Origin: Clostridiales bacterium
Lineage (GTDB): Bacteria; Bacillota; Clostridia; Oscillospirales; CAG-272
Assembly: GCA_012727435.1 (NCBI GenBank)
Contig: JAAYHB010000006.1
Coordinates: 12,327-76,326 of the forward strand
Direction of reading: 5' to 3'
Length of the DNA: 64,000 nucleotides
The stretch's first letter is position 1. Each line of letters begins with the position of its first letter. Positions 51,791-60,664 of the stretch are shown in pieces. Under the pieces are notes generated by a model. That model had not been told where the DNA came from. It was given only the letters and a program-made list of their open reading frames with translations, and made no database searches. Both the position numbers and the translations under genes were made by a program.

Positions 51791-51795
51791 ACAAA

Positions 51796-51830
51796 CAAAG
51801 CGGCGCAGGCATAAATCCTGCGCTGCTTTG
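51796..51830. terminator. Bidirectional terminator between the P-loop gene and murE
   Basis: CAAAGCGGCGCAGG-CATAAAT-CCTGCGCTGCTTTG, with one G.U pair. Confidence 0.7.
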
Positions 51831-51834
51831 TTGC

Positions 51835-53319
51835 TCATACCGGCGACGTTAAAACCTTCGCCGCCGCCTCAAGCACTATGTCCCTTTCGCTGAAAGGCCA
51901 CTTAATACCTTTAATAAGCTGATAATTCTCATGTCCCTTGCCGGCAAGCAGAAGTATATCGCCCTCACGCAGCATCTCAACGGCAAACATGATAGCCTCC
52001 CGCCTGTCGGGAATCGAAACATAGTCGCAGCCGCCCGGCACAAAGGCTGACGCAATGTCTCGATTGACCAGCGCGGGGTCCTCGCAGTCGGGGTTGTCTG
52101 CGGTCAGGATGCAGAAGTCGCAGAGCGAGGAAGCTATGGCGCCGAGTTCGCGGCGGCGCATTTGCGTACGTCCCCCCACAGAGCCGAACAGGCAGATAAG
52201 GCGCTTCGGGTTGTATGCCCTGAGCGTTCTTAAAGCCGACAAGAGACTGACGCCGTTGTGGGCATAATCTATGATAATCGTGGCATACGGCAGGGCGTCA
52301 ATGCACTCAAACCTGCCCTCGATCTTAATGTCTTCAAGCGCCGAGAGTATCTTGTCGGTGTCGGGAATGATGTTCCGGCACACGGTCACTGCAGCCAGCA
52401 CATTCTGGATATTGAAGTTACCCGGCAGATTCAGGGTGGTTCTTTTCCGGTACCCGCCGGATACAAAATCAAATACGGTCCCCAGCAGGTTCCCCGATCG
52501 CAGCAGTGTTATGTTTTCTGCAGTGACATCCGCATTTCCGCCGAGGCCGAAGGTGGAAATCTTCCCCCTGTAGTCCCCGATTATATCCGGGGTATGCGGG
52601 TCATCGGCGTTTACCACCACCCGGGCGGGATTGTATTCCGAAAAAAGCCTTGCCTTGCAGGACTTGTAATGGTTGAAATCTGGGTGCTCCGCGCCCCCTA
52701 TGTGGTCGGGGGAGAGGTTGGTAAAGATGCAGGTATCAAAATCAACATAGCGTATGCGCTCAAGGTAGACCGCCTGAGAGGAAACTTCAAGTGCAAGATA
52801 CTTGATGCCGTTCTCGGCCATTTCAAACATGTAACGCTGCAAATCGCAGCTCTCGGGAGTTGTGTTTGTGGTGCTGTGCTTAAAGGAGCCGTAGGCCAGG
52901 CCGTTTGAGCCGATGTATCCGGCCGGAACACCGCAGCGGTTGAGTATGCCGGCTATCATGAGTGCGGTCGTGGTCTTGCCCTTTGTGCCGGTGATTCCGA
53001 TAACCTTAAGTCTTCGGGAGGGATAACCGAACAGGACAGCCGACAGTTTTGCCAGGGCACGGCGGGTATTGTCGCTGATTACAACCGCGGCGTCGCCTGG
53101 CAGGTCAAGTTTGTTTTCGGCGACAAAGGCGCGGCAGCCGAGATTATATGCCGACCGGGCGTAAAGGTGCCCGTCGGTAACCGCACCCCTGATGCAGACA
53201 AAAACCGAATCCGATCTCGCCAGTCTTGAGTCACAGCAGACATGGCCGATCTCTATTCCGGCATATTTTTTGTTGGCACAGGACAATCCCGCCAGCTCGA
53301 GAAGGTTGCAAAGTTCCAT
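51835..53319 (-). CDS. murE: UDP-N-acetylmuramoyl-L-alanyl-D-glutamate--(diamino acid) ligase, MurE family
   Basis: 494 aa from the ATG at 53319. ITGTKGKTTT P-loop and Mur ligase central and C-terminal domains. The amino-acid specificity motif reads DNPD (52087-52098), not DNPR. Confidence 0.88.
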   Translation of the reverse strand: MELCNLLELAGLSCANKKYAGIEIGHVCCDSRLARSDSVFVCIRGAVTDGHLYARSAYNLGCRAFVAENKLDLPGDAAVVISDNTRRALAKLSAVLFGYPSRRLKVIGITGTKGKTTTALMIAGILNRCGVPAGYIGSNGLAYGSFKHSTTNTTPESCDLQRYMFEMAENGIKYLALEVSSQAVYLERIRYVDFDTCIFTNLSPDHIGGAEHPDFNHYKSCKARLFSEYNPARVVVNADDPHTPDIIGDYRGKISTFGLGGNADVTAENITLLRSGNLLGTVFDFVSGGYRKRTTLNLPGNFNIQNVLAAVTVCRNIIPDTDKILSALEDIKIEGRFECIDALPYATIIIDYAHNGVSLLSALRTLRAYNPKRLICLFGSVGGRTQMRRRELGAIASSLCDFCILTADNPDCEDPALVNRDIASAFVPGGCDYVSIPDRREAIMFAVEMLREGDILLLAGKGHENYQLIKGIKWPFSERDIVLEAAAKVLTSPV

Positions 53320-53329
53320 TTGCAGCTCC

Positions 53330-54079
53330 TCAAACCCTGTATAGTTTTGCAAATTCCTCAAGAGGCCGAGGAAACCCGACAGCACGCCCGCCGCAGGCAA
53401 AGATGGCGCAGGCGGCAAGCACTTCAAGAGAGTCTATATAAAAGTCAGGCAGAGTGATTTCCTTTTTTATCAGCGACAGTTCGGTGCAGCCGAGGATAAT
53501 GCGGTCGGCACCAAGCCGATGAAGCCGCTCCGCCACACGTTCGAATGAGTCAAGGTCGGCCGGCTGCCCGCGTTTTATCGAGTTGTATATAATATCCGTG
53601 AGTGTTGCCCGGTCGTCGGGCGGGCAGTCAATGCAGCCGATGCCCGCCTGCCTGCAGGCGGCTTGATAGACCCCGGACCTGTAGGTCCCCTCGGTGGACA
53701 TGACGCCCACCCGCCGGGCTCCGGTGAATTTTGCATATTCGACGGTCAGCTCTATGATGTTCATGACCGGCACCGGCGAGGCGCCCGAGAGGGCATCATA
53801 AATAAAGTGTGCGGTATTGCAGGGCAGGGCGATGATGTCGGCACCGGCTCCGGCCAGCCGGCAGACCTCCTCGGTCATGGCCGGCAACGGGTTTTCTTGG
53901 GAAGTTCCGGTGATATAGGCTGTCCGGTCGGGGGTAGAAGCCCGGCTGACAAGGATTATATCCAAATGGTCCTGGTCACACATGGCCCGGGTATGCGCGG
54001 TTATCAGTTCATAGAAATATACGCTCGACATCGGGCCGAGTCCGCCGAGTATTCCGAGTGTTTTTTTAGCGCTCAGCAC
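53330..54079 (-). CDS. Aspartate/glutamate racemase family protein (aspartate-racemase type)
   Basis: LGILGGLGPMSS, the catalytic PCNTAH and LGCTEL. The GTG start overlaps the upstream ORF stop by 7 nt. Confidence 0.85.
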   Translation of the reverse strand: MLSAKKTLGILGGLGPMSSVYFYELITAHTRAMCDQDHLDIILVSRASTPDRTAYITGTSQENPLPAMTEEVCRLAGAGADIIALPCNTAHFIYDALSGASPVPVMNIIELTVEYAKFTGARRVGVMSTEGTYRSGVYQAACRQAGIGCIDCPPDDRATLTDIIYNSIKRGQPADLDSFERVAERLHRLGADRIILGCTELSLIKKEITLPDFYIDSLEVLAACAIFACGGRAVGFPRPLEEFAKLYRV

Positions 54080-54483
54080 GTTTTTACCTTCTTCTTTGCT
54101 TTCCGGGTAAGCGTGGGAAGGGCCTCAATGAGCTCCTCGGCCGATTTTATGATGAAATACGGCTCAAGCAGGCCGGTATGCCTCTTTATCATTTCCTCGT
54201 AATAGGGGGTGCAGGGAACAAGCAGGACGGTCTGCCGCGACTCGGAATCGCTGTTGAAATCAAGTAAGGTGCGGATAATATAATACTCGTTGTCGGGGTG
54301 CTTGATACGTCTGAAACAATAGCGCAGAAGTCCGGGTACAAAACCGGGCCGCGACTCGGAATAAACCAGAGGCTCGATGCCATAATCTTTATTCAGGGCA
54401 TGGATAATAGCCATATGTCCGGTTTCGGGCCCGAGCAGCAGCACCGCCGGTTTTTGTGCGAGGAGGCAGGCAAGACGCTCCAC
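54073..54483 (-). CDS. 136-aa ORF resembling only the N-terminal (pre-ATP-grasp / Rossmann-like) part of ATP-grasp carboxylate-amine ligases
   Basis: KPAVLLLGPETGHMAIIHALNKDYGIEPLV…VLLVPCTPYYEEMIKRHTGLLEPYF has the pattern of the N-terminal domain of D-Asp-ligase-like ATP-grasp enzymes. No ATP-grasp core follows. It has a GTG start and a weak RBS. Confidence 0.4.
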   Translation of the reverse strand: MERLACLLAQKPAVLLLGPETGHMAIIHALNKDYGIEPLVYSESRPGFVPGLLRYCFRRIKHPDNEYYIIRTLLDFNSDSESRQTVLLVPCTPYYEEMIKRHTGLLEPYFIIKSAEELIEALPTLTRKAKKKVKTC

Positions 54484-54703
54484 GGGGCTATGCTTGTCCT
54501 TTCGATGTAAATATGCGGGCGGAATTTTACGCCAATGAAGTTACAAAAATTATACCACAAAGCCGGCCGAAAATAAAGAAAAAATTGCCCGCCGGCGCTT
54601 TTTTGTAAAAACCAACTTGAAATACGGGGGGAAAATATATATAATTAACCAATACAATATATCCGGCTTTTGCATAAAATATACCATGACGGGGCGGGAT
54701 GCA

Positions 54704-55315
54704 ATGAAAAGAGAGACGATATACAGAGTTTTTTCAAACATACCCGAACTTGTGACCGAGCGCCTGGTTTTGCGGAAGATGCTGGTCAGGGACACCGACG
54801 ACATGTATGAATACGCCCGGCGTGCCGATGTTACAAGGTACCTTACATGGAGCCCCCACCCCGACCGCACATATACCCGTGATTATCTTGAATACATTTC
54901 AACAAGATACGCGGCGGGGGAGTTTTATGATTGGGCGGTGACAGACGCTAAAACAGGTAAAATGATAGGTACCTGCGGTTTTACGAGGTTTGACTATGCC
55001 TCAAATTGCGGGGAGGTCGGCTATGTGCTCAACCCGCGCTATTGGGGGCAGGAATATGCCCTTGAGGCTCTAATGGCGGTGCTTGAGTTCGGATTTGAGA
55101 TACTGAAGCTCAACCGCATTGAGGCCCGGCATATGGAGGGGAATGAGGCTTCAAGGCGGGTGATGGAAAAAGCGGGCATGACCTATGAGGGAACACTGAG
55201 AGGCTTGCTGTATTTACGCGGAGAATACCGGAATGTTAGTGTTTACTCAATACTCCGGAGCGAATTTTACGCCCTGCCCGAGATAAAGAGAACCCTGAGG
55301 GGGATGCGGATGTAA
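54704..55315 (+). CDS. GNAT family N-acetyltransferase (RimJ/RimL-like)
   Basis: TERLVLRKM…WAV…IGTCGF…GEVGYVLNPRYWGQEYALEA…LNRIEARHMEGNEASRRVMEKAGM. The start is uncertain (54686 or 54704). Confidence 0.8.
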   Translation: MKRETIYRVFSNIPELVTERLVLRKMLVRDTDDMYEYARRADVTRYLTWSPHPDRTYTRDYLEYISTRYAAGEFYDWAVTDAKTGKMIGTCGFTRFDYASNCGEVGYVLNPRYWGQEYALEALMAVLEFGFEILKLNRIEARHMEGNEASRRVMEKAGMTYEGTLRGLLYLRGEYRNVSVYSILRSEFYALPEIKRTLRGMRM

Positions 55316-55321
55316 AATAAG

Positions 55322-55346
55322 CCGGCGCCGGAAAATCCGGCGCCGG
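55322..55346. terminator. Bidirectional terminator between the GNAT and permease genes
   Basis: CCGGCGCCGGA-AAA-TCCGGCGCCGG, an 11-bp perfect stem flanked by A- and T-rich runs. Confidence 0.8.
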
Positions 55347-55365
55347 AGATTTTTATTATCAAGAA

Positions 55366-56727
55366 TTATTCTTCGTCTTTTGCCCGGCTGACTAAAAGAT
55401 TTGTGAGAATACCGAGAATCAGCGCGGTCGCGATTGCGGTCAGCGTGACCTTGCCGAAGGTAAGGACAAGCCCGCCGACGCCCGCGATAAGTATGACCGA
55501 GACCACAAAGAGGTTCCGGTTTTTATTGAGGTCAACAGGCTGCAGCATCTTAAGCCCCGACACGGCGATGAACCCGTAGAGCGCCATGCAGACGCCGCCC
55601 ATGACGCAGGTTGGAATGGTATTGACGAAGGCGACAAAGGGGGCAAAGAACGACAGGATGATCGCGCTGACTGCCGCATAAATGATGCTGTAGATCGAGG
55701 CGTTCCTGGTGATAGCGACACAGCCTATAGACTCGCCGTATGTGGTATTGGGGCAACCCCCGAAGAAGGCACCGGCAATCGAGCCGATACCATCACCAAG
55801 CAGCGTGCGGGGGAGTCCGGGATCTTCAATCAGGTCTTTCTCAATTATCGAGGAGAGATTCTTGTGGTCGGCAAGATGCTCGGCAAAGACCACAAAGGCG
55901 ACCGGCACATATGCCACTGCAACCGTGCCGAGATATGCGGCGGAAATCTCAGAGAAGCCGCCCAGCGCTCTCATGAATACAAAATGATCAATGCCCAGCG
56001 TGATAAAGCTGTCGAGGGTGATTGTGGCAAAGTTATCGGTCAGGGCGCTGAAGTCGGTGATCATCAGCGCGTCAACTCCCGCGGCCTTCCCTATAAGTGT
56101 GAGCACCGCCGCAAAAATATAGCCGGCCAGAATGCCGAATATAAAGGGGATGAGCTTGCCTATTCTCTTGCCGTATGTGGCGCAGGATATGGTGACTGTG
56201 AGTGTCACAAGCCCGCAGAGCACCGCGACAAGCGTATGTCCGCCGGCATTGGCGGTCTTAAGGCTGGACACCGCATTGCCCGACAGCGAAAGCCCGATTA
56301 AAGCGACCGTGGGGCCGATGACAGCAGCCGGCATGAGCCTTGAAATCCAGTTAACTCCTACAAGCTTGACTACTATTGCTATCACGACATACACCAAACC
56401 CGCAAAAGTCGCACCTATGATGAGTCCGAGATAGCCGAGGGCAATTGACACGCCGCCCGAGAAGGCCGCGACCATCGAGCCGATGAAGGCGAAAGACGAG
56501 CCGAGGAACACCGGGCTTTTTGCCTTTGTAAAGAGCACATAAATAAGAGTGCCGACACCCGCGCCAAACAGTGCGGCTGCCGGACTCATGTTGGTGGTGC
56601 CGGTTGTCTGGTTGATAATGACCGGAACGACGAGGGTTGCCGTGATGATCGCAAGCAGCTGCTGGAGCGCGAACACGATCAGCCGGCCGGTTTTGGGTCT
56701 GTCGCTGACATTGTAGTAGAGCTTCAT
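55366..56727 (-). CDS. NCS2 family nucleobase permease (uracil/xanthine type)
   Basis: 453 aa from the ATG at 56727 (GAGGAGAG RBS). About 12-13 TM segments. QQLLAIITATLVVP and GDGIGSIAGAFFGGCPNTTYGESIG are typical NCS2 motifs. Confidence 0.85.
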   Translation of the reverse strand: MKLYYNVSDRPKTGRLIVFALQQLLAIITATLVVPVIINQTTGTTNMSPAAALFGAGVGTLIYVLFTKAKSPVFLGSSFAFIGSMVAAFSGGVSIALGYLGLIIGATFAGLVYVVIAIVVKLVGVNWISRLMPAAVIGPTVALIGLSLSGNAVSSLKTANAGGHTLVAVLCGLVTLTVTISCATYGKRIGKLIPFIFGILAGYIFAAVLTLIGKAAGVDALMITDFSALTDNFATITLDSFITLGIDHFVFMRALGGFSEISAAYLGTVAVAYVPVAFVVFAEHLADHKNLSSIIEKDLIEDPGLPRTLLGDGIGSIAGAFFGGCPNTTYGESIGCVAITRNASIYSIIYAAVSAIILSFFAPFVAFVNTIPTCVMGGVCMALYGFIAVSGLKMLQPVDLNKNRNLFVVSVILIAGVGGLVLTFGKVTLTAIATALILGILTNLLVSRAKDEE

Positions 56728-56952
56728 CTTCTCTCTCCTCTTCTTTCTTATTGAAATGTGGTCCTGTTGGCCCGGGGCATAATAAAACCGCCGCAGCGAA
56801 GATTCTCTCGCACGGCGGCGTATCAGCATATAAAATTCGTGAAACACGACATTTCACGCCTATTTAATTTGCCGAAACCGTTATACGCATCTGCCGTTTA
56901 AGCGGAATCCGGGCCATGCAATTATTTTAACATAAAGATGGCTATATGTAAA
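56728..56952 (-). promoter_or_regulatory. Promoter plus a structured leader of about 190 nt, with a terminator, upstream of the NCS2 permease
   Basis: On the minus strand:
- Promoter: TTTACA (56952-56947), a 17-nt spacer, then TAAAAT (56929-56924).
- Long-range pair TGGCCCGG (56916-56909) / CCGGGCCA (56775-56768).
- GCGTAT (56888-56883) / ATACGC (56823-56818).
- Hairpin CGTGAAA-N7-TTTCACG (56858-56838).
- Terminator CGCCGCCG…CGGCGG plus TTTTATTAT (56820-56779). Confidence 0.5.
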
Positions 56953-57054
56953 CCACATTTTTTATTTTTCACGACAAAATAATCAATAATATTTTGGGTC
57001 AGAATTTGTATAAAACTTACTATTTGACGGCTTCGTTCAAGACAAAAAATAATG

Positions 57055-57083
57055 TTGACATCGGCTGGTAAAAAGATTATAAT
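57055..57083 (+). promoter_or_regulatory. Consensus sigma-A promoter of the rpiR-family gene
   Basis: TTGACA (57055-57060), a 17-nt spacer, then TATAAT (57078-57083). Confidence 0.7.
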
Positions 57084-57133
57084 CAAGTTGCAAAAGAAAT
57101 AAAGCCCGCGCGGCTTTGGCGGAGGGCAGGATT

Positions 57134-57991
57134 GTGCAAAAGCTTCTCCAGACAATAGAAGAAAATATGGCCGGCTTCTCGAAGGGGCAGCGGGCTATTG
57201 CAAAATATATCATTGAAAATTATGAAAAGGCGGCGTATATGACCGCCGCCAGCCTCGGAAGCCAGACCGGCGTGTCTGAATCCACCGTAGTCCGCTTTGC
57301 GCTGAAACTCGGATTTGAGGGCTATCCCGAAATGCAGCGCGCGCTGCAGGAGCTGACCCGTACAAAGCTCACCTCTGTCCAACGCATGGAGGTGACAAAC
57401 ACCCTTATCGGCAACGCCGACATCTTGGCGAAGGTGCTGCTCTCGGATATCGACAAAATCCGGCGCACGCTCGACGAGATTGACAGGGAAGTCTTCTACA
57501 GAGCGGTCGATAAAATCGCTACGGCAAGGAACATTTATATAATCGGGGTCAGGACATCGGCCTCGCTTGCCGGATTTCTCAACTTCAGCCTCAAGATGAT
57601 ATTCGACAACGTCAGGCTGATACAGACCACTTCGGGCAGCGAAATCTTCGAGCAGCTTTTAAGCATGGAAAAAGAGGACGTGATGATTGCCATCAGCTTT
57701 CCGCGCTACTCAAAGCGGATTATAAACGCGGTGGCCTTCGCACGCTCCCGCGGGGCTGTTGTCATCGCGCTGACCGACAGTGCAAAGTCCCCGATTGCCG
57801 GGTATGCCGACCAGCTTCTTACCGCCTGCTCCGACATGGCCTCTTTTGTCGACTCACTGGTTGCCCCGCTGAGCATTATAAATGCAATGATAGTAGCGCT
57901 CACAAGGAAAAAGAGCGACGAGCTCAAGGAGCGGCTGCGCGAGCTTGAAAAAATCTGGGACGAATACGATGTCTATGACAAAAACAGTTGA
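57134..57991 (+). CDS. MurR/RpiR family transcriptional regulator (HTH_6 plus SIS domain)
   Basis: GTG at 57134 lies 7 nt after GGAGGG. LSKGQRAIAKYIIENYEKAAYMTAASLGSQTGVSESTVVRFALKLGFEGY is the HTH, and IYIIGVRTSASLA…ISFPRYS is the SIS domain. Confidence 0.85.
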   Translation: MQKLLQTIEENMAGFSKGQRAIAKYIIENYEKAAYMTAASLGSQTGVSESTVVRFALKLGFEGYPEMQRALQELTRTKLTSVQRMEVTNTLIGNADILAKVLLSDIDKIRRTLDEIDREVFYRAVDKIATARNIYIIGVRTSASLAGFLNFSLKMIFDNVRLIQTTSGSEIFEQLLSMEKEDVMIAISFPRYSKRIINAVAFARSRGAVVIALTDSAKSPIAGYADQLLTACSDMASFVDSLVAPLSIINAMIVALTRKKSDELKERLRELEKIWDEYDVYDKNS

Positions 57992-59288
57992 CCTTGACGC
58001 CGATGACGCCGGCGGAGGGACTGCACTTTCCTCAAGGAGTGTTAAGGTAGCAGTCATCGGCGGAGGTGCCGCCGGGATGAGAGCGGCGGCGGCAGCGGCA
58101 GGGCTCGGGGCGCGGGTTTTTTTGTTTGAAAAGAATACTGTACTCGGGAAGAAGCTGCGCATCACAGGCAAGGGGAGATGCAATGTGACGAATGACTGCC
58201 GGCCCGACGAGTTTCTGGCAGGCATTCCGGCTAATTCCCGATTTTTGTGGTCTGCAATCAGCCGTTTTTTACCCAAGGATACTGTAAACCTCTTTGAGCG
58301 GCTCGGCGTGCCGCTCAAGACCGAGCGCGGCAGAAGGGTTTTTCCGGTCTCCGACCGCGCCACCGATATTGCAGAGGCGCTGATAATAGACTGCCGGCAG
58401 TCCGGAGTCGTGATTGTCCATGAGAAGGTGCTCTCGCTTGATATAGGAGACCGTCGCATCAAAGGACTTGTGACAGAACGTGCCAAATACGACTTTGACG
58501 CGGTAATTGTCTGCACCGGCGGGATGTCCTATCCCAAAACCGGCTCCGACGGCGACGGCTACAGATTCGCTCGTGCGGCCGGGCATCATGTCACCGACAT
58601 TTCGCCGTCACTTGTCCCAATAGTCTGCGAAGGCGAGATTTGTGCCGCGATGCAGGGGCTGACACTGAAAAACGTAGCGCTGACAATCGAGCGCATGAGC
58701 GACGGCAAAGCCATATACCGCGACTTCGGCGAGCTGCTCTTTACCCATTACGGCATGTCGGGACCGATAATTCTCAGCGCCTCGGCGCATATCCCCGACA
58801 TTTCCCATGGGAAATACGAGGCTTCAATCGACCTAAAGCCAGCACTTGACGAAGCCACGCTCGACGCCCGCCTGCTCTCGGATTTTTTGAAATACTCAAA
58901 CAAAAATTATGAAAATGCGCTCGACGACCTTTTGCCCCGGAAGATGATACCGGTAATCGTCGCCCTCTCGGGTATCGAACCGGCAAAAAAGGTGCACTCG
59001 ATAACCAAAGAAGAGCGGCGGAGGCTGCTCCGCCTTTTGAAAGACTTCAGAATCAAGCTCTGTGGCTTCAGACCGCTGGCCGAGGCCATAATAACGCGCG
59101 GCGGGGTAGACACCCGCGAGATAAACCCTTCAACGATGGAGTCGAAGCTGGTTGGTGGCCTTTACTTTGCCGGCGAGATCATAGACGTTGACGGGTACAC
59201 CGGCGGGTATAATCTTCAAATCGCCTTTTCAACCGGCACGCTGGCGGGCGAGAGCGCGGCAAGACAAACGATAACAGGTCGATACTAA
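57969..59288 (+). CDS. HI0933/BaiN-like NAD(P)/FAD-dependent oxidoreductase
   Basis: VAVIGGGAAGMRAAAAAAGLG…GKKLRITGKGRCNVTN…FAGEIIDVDGYTGGYNLQ. The start is ambiguous (57945, 57969 or 57975) and overlaps the rpiR end. Confidence 0.8.
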   Translation: MSMTKTVDLDADDAGGGTALSSRSVKVAVIGGGAAGMRAAAAAAGLGARVFLFEKNTVLGKKLRITGKGRCNVTNDCRPDEFLAGIPANSRFLWSAISRFLPKDTVNLFERLGVPLKTERGRRVFPVSDRATDIAEALIIDCRQSGVVIVHEKVLSLDIGDRRIKGLVTERAKYDFDAVIVCTGGMSYPKTGSDGDGYRFARAAGHHVTDISPSLVPIVCEGEICAAMQGLTLKNVALTIERMSDGKAIYRDFGELLFTHYGMSGPIILSASAHIPDISHGKYEASIDLKPALDEATLDARLLSDFLKYSNKNYENALDDLLPRKMIPVIVALSGIEPAKKVHSITKEERRRLLRLLKDFRIKLCGFRPLAEAIITRGGVDTREINPSTMESKLVGGLYFAGEIIDVDGYTGGYNLQIAFSTGTLAGESAARQTITGRY

Positions 59289-59318
59289 TATCGCAATTCA
59301 ATAAAAAGGAGATGAAAT

Positions 59319-59996
59319 ATGATCAGAATTGCCATTGACGGTCCCAGCGGGGCCGGGAAAAGCACGCTTGCAAAGTCGCTTGCCGCGCGGCTCGGGATAA
59401 TATATGTCGACACCGGGGCGCTCTACCGCACGGTCGGATATTATGTAAAGACCAAGGGGGTTGACCCGAAAGACTCCGGGGCGGTGGAGGCGCTTTTGCC
59501 CGAAATAAAAATCGAGCTCAAATACGAGGCCGGAATGCAGTACGTGTATCTCAACGGCGAGAACCTCGGGGAAAAAATCCGCCAGCCCGACATTTCAATG
59601 TACGCCTCGGCGGTCTCGGCAATACCCGCGGTGCGCAGATTTCTCCTTGAGACGCAAAAATCCGTGGCACGCGAGAACAGCGTGGTCATGGACGGGCGGG
59701 ATATCGGGACCGTGATAATACCCGATGCCGACATAAAAATTTTTCTGACAGCCTCGGATGAGGTCAGGGCGCGTAGGAGATACAACGAGCTGCTCGCCAA
59801 GGGAATGGACGTAAAATACGAGGACGTGCTGGCCGACATGAAAGAGCGCGACGCCCGGGACCGTGGCCGGGATATCGCACCGGCAACTCCCGCGCCGGAT
59901 GCTATAATTCTCGACAATTCGGACTGCACCAACGAGGAGTCGGTCGAGGATGTCATCAGTATAATAAAGGAAAAGCTGGGTGACATCATAATATAG
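59319..59996 (+). CDS. cmk: Cytidylate kinase
   Basis: IAIDGPSGAGKSTLAKSLA…VDTGALYR…DGRDIGTV. AAGGAGA RBS. Confidence 0.93.
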   Translation: MIRIAIDGPSGAGKSTLAKSLAARLGIIYVDTGALYRTVGYYVKTKGVDPKDSGAVEALLPEIKIELKYEAGMQYVYLNGENLGEKIRQPDISMYASAVSAIPAVRRFLLETQKSVARENSVVMDGRDIGTVIIPDADIKIFLTASDEVRARRRYNELLAKGMDVKYEDVLADMKERDARDRGRDIAPATPAPDAIILDNSDCTNEESVEDVISIIKEKLGDIII

Positions 59997-60022
59997 AAAA
60001 TAGGGAATGGTATTCGTTATAA

Positions 60023-60664
60023 ATGGATAGGTTCTACCGCATCTGCCACCGGCTTTTGGCCGCGCCCATCAGGTTGATATTCAGAATCAAGGTCACCGGC
60101 CGCGAAAACGAGCCCGACCCCGGAGCCGGGGGTTACCTTGTCTGCGCGAACCATATGTCGGCATGGGACCCGGTCTGGCTGGGAGCAGCCTTCCGCAAAC
60201 GTCAGCTTCACTACATGGCGAAGGAAGAGCTTTTTAAGATTCCGCTGCTCAGGGGGCTTATCAGGGCGCTCGGCGCATATCCGGTACAGCGGGGAGCGGC
60301 CGATACGGCAAGCATAAAAAACACCATCTCAATACTCACGTCCGGCAAGTGCGTAGGCATTTTCCCGCAGGGAACGAGGCACAGGGGGGTAAATCCGCTT
60401 GACACCGAGGTTAGAAGCGGGGTCGGCATGATCGCCCATCGTGCCGGTGCAGACGTGCTCCCGGTGTTTATTAAGGCGAAGGATAACATATCCTCGCCCT
60501 TTGCCCGCAAGGAAATCATCATCGGCAAGCCGATACCCCACTCGGAAATTGAAAAAATGAGGGAGGCACATACCGGCTACAGGGAAATTGCCGAATTCAT
60601 ATTCAGCCGGATATGTATACTCGGCGGGCTTGAAAGAAAGGAAGGCAATGACAGCAAGCAGTAG
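60023..60664 (+). CDS. plsC: 1-acyl-sn-glycerol-3-phosphate acyltransferase
   Basis: NHMSAWDP (HX4D) and FPQGTR motifs. 213 aa. Confidence 0.85.
   Translation: MDRFYRICHRLLAAPIRLIFRIKVTGRENEPDPGAGGYLVCANHMSAWDPVWLGAAFRKRQLHYMAKEELFKIPLLRGLIRALGAYPVQRGAADTASIKNTISILTSGKCVGIFPQGTRHRGVNPLDTEVRSGVGMIAHRAGADVLPVFIKAKDNISSPFARKEIIIGKPIPHSEIEKMREAHTGYREIAEFIFSRICILGGLERKEGNDSKQ

Noticed and set aside
56728-56920. Purine riboswitch or PyrR attenuator upstream of the NCS2 permease.
   Set aside because: The conserved purine-aptamer junction sequences and the PyrR binding loop are absent. It is reported instead as an unclassified structured leader.
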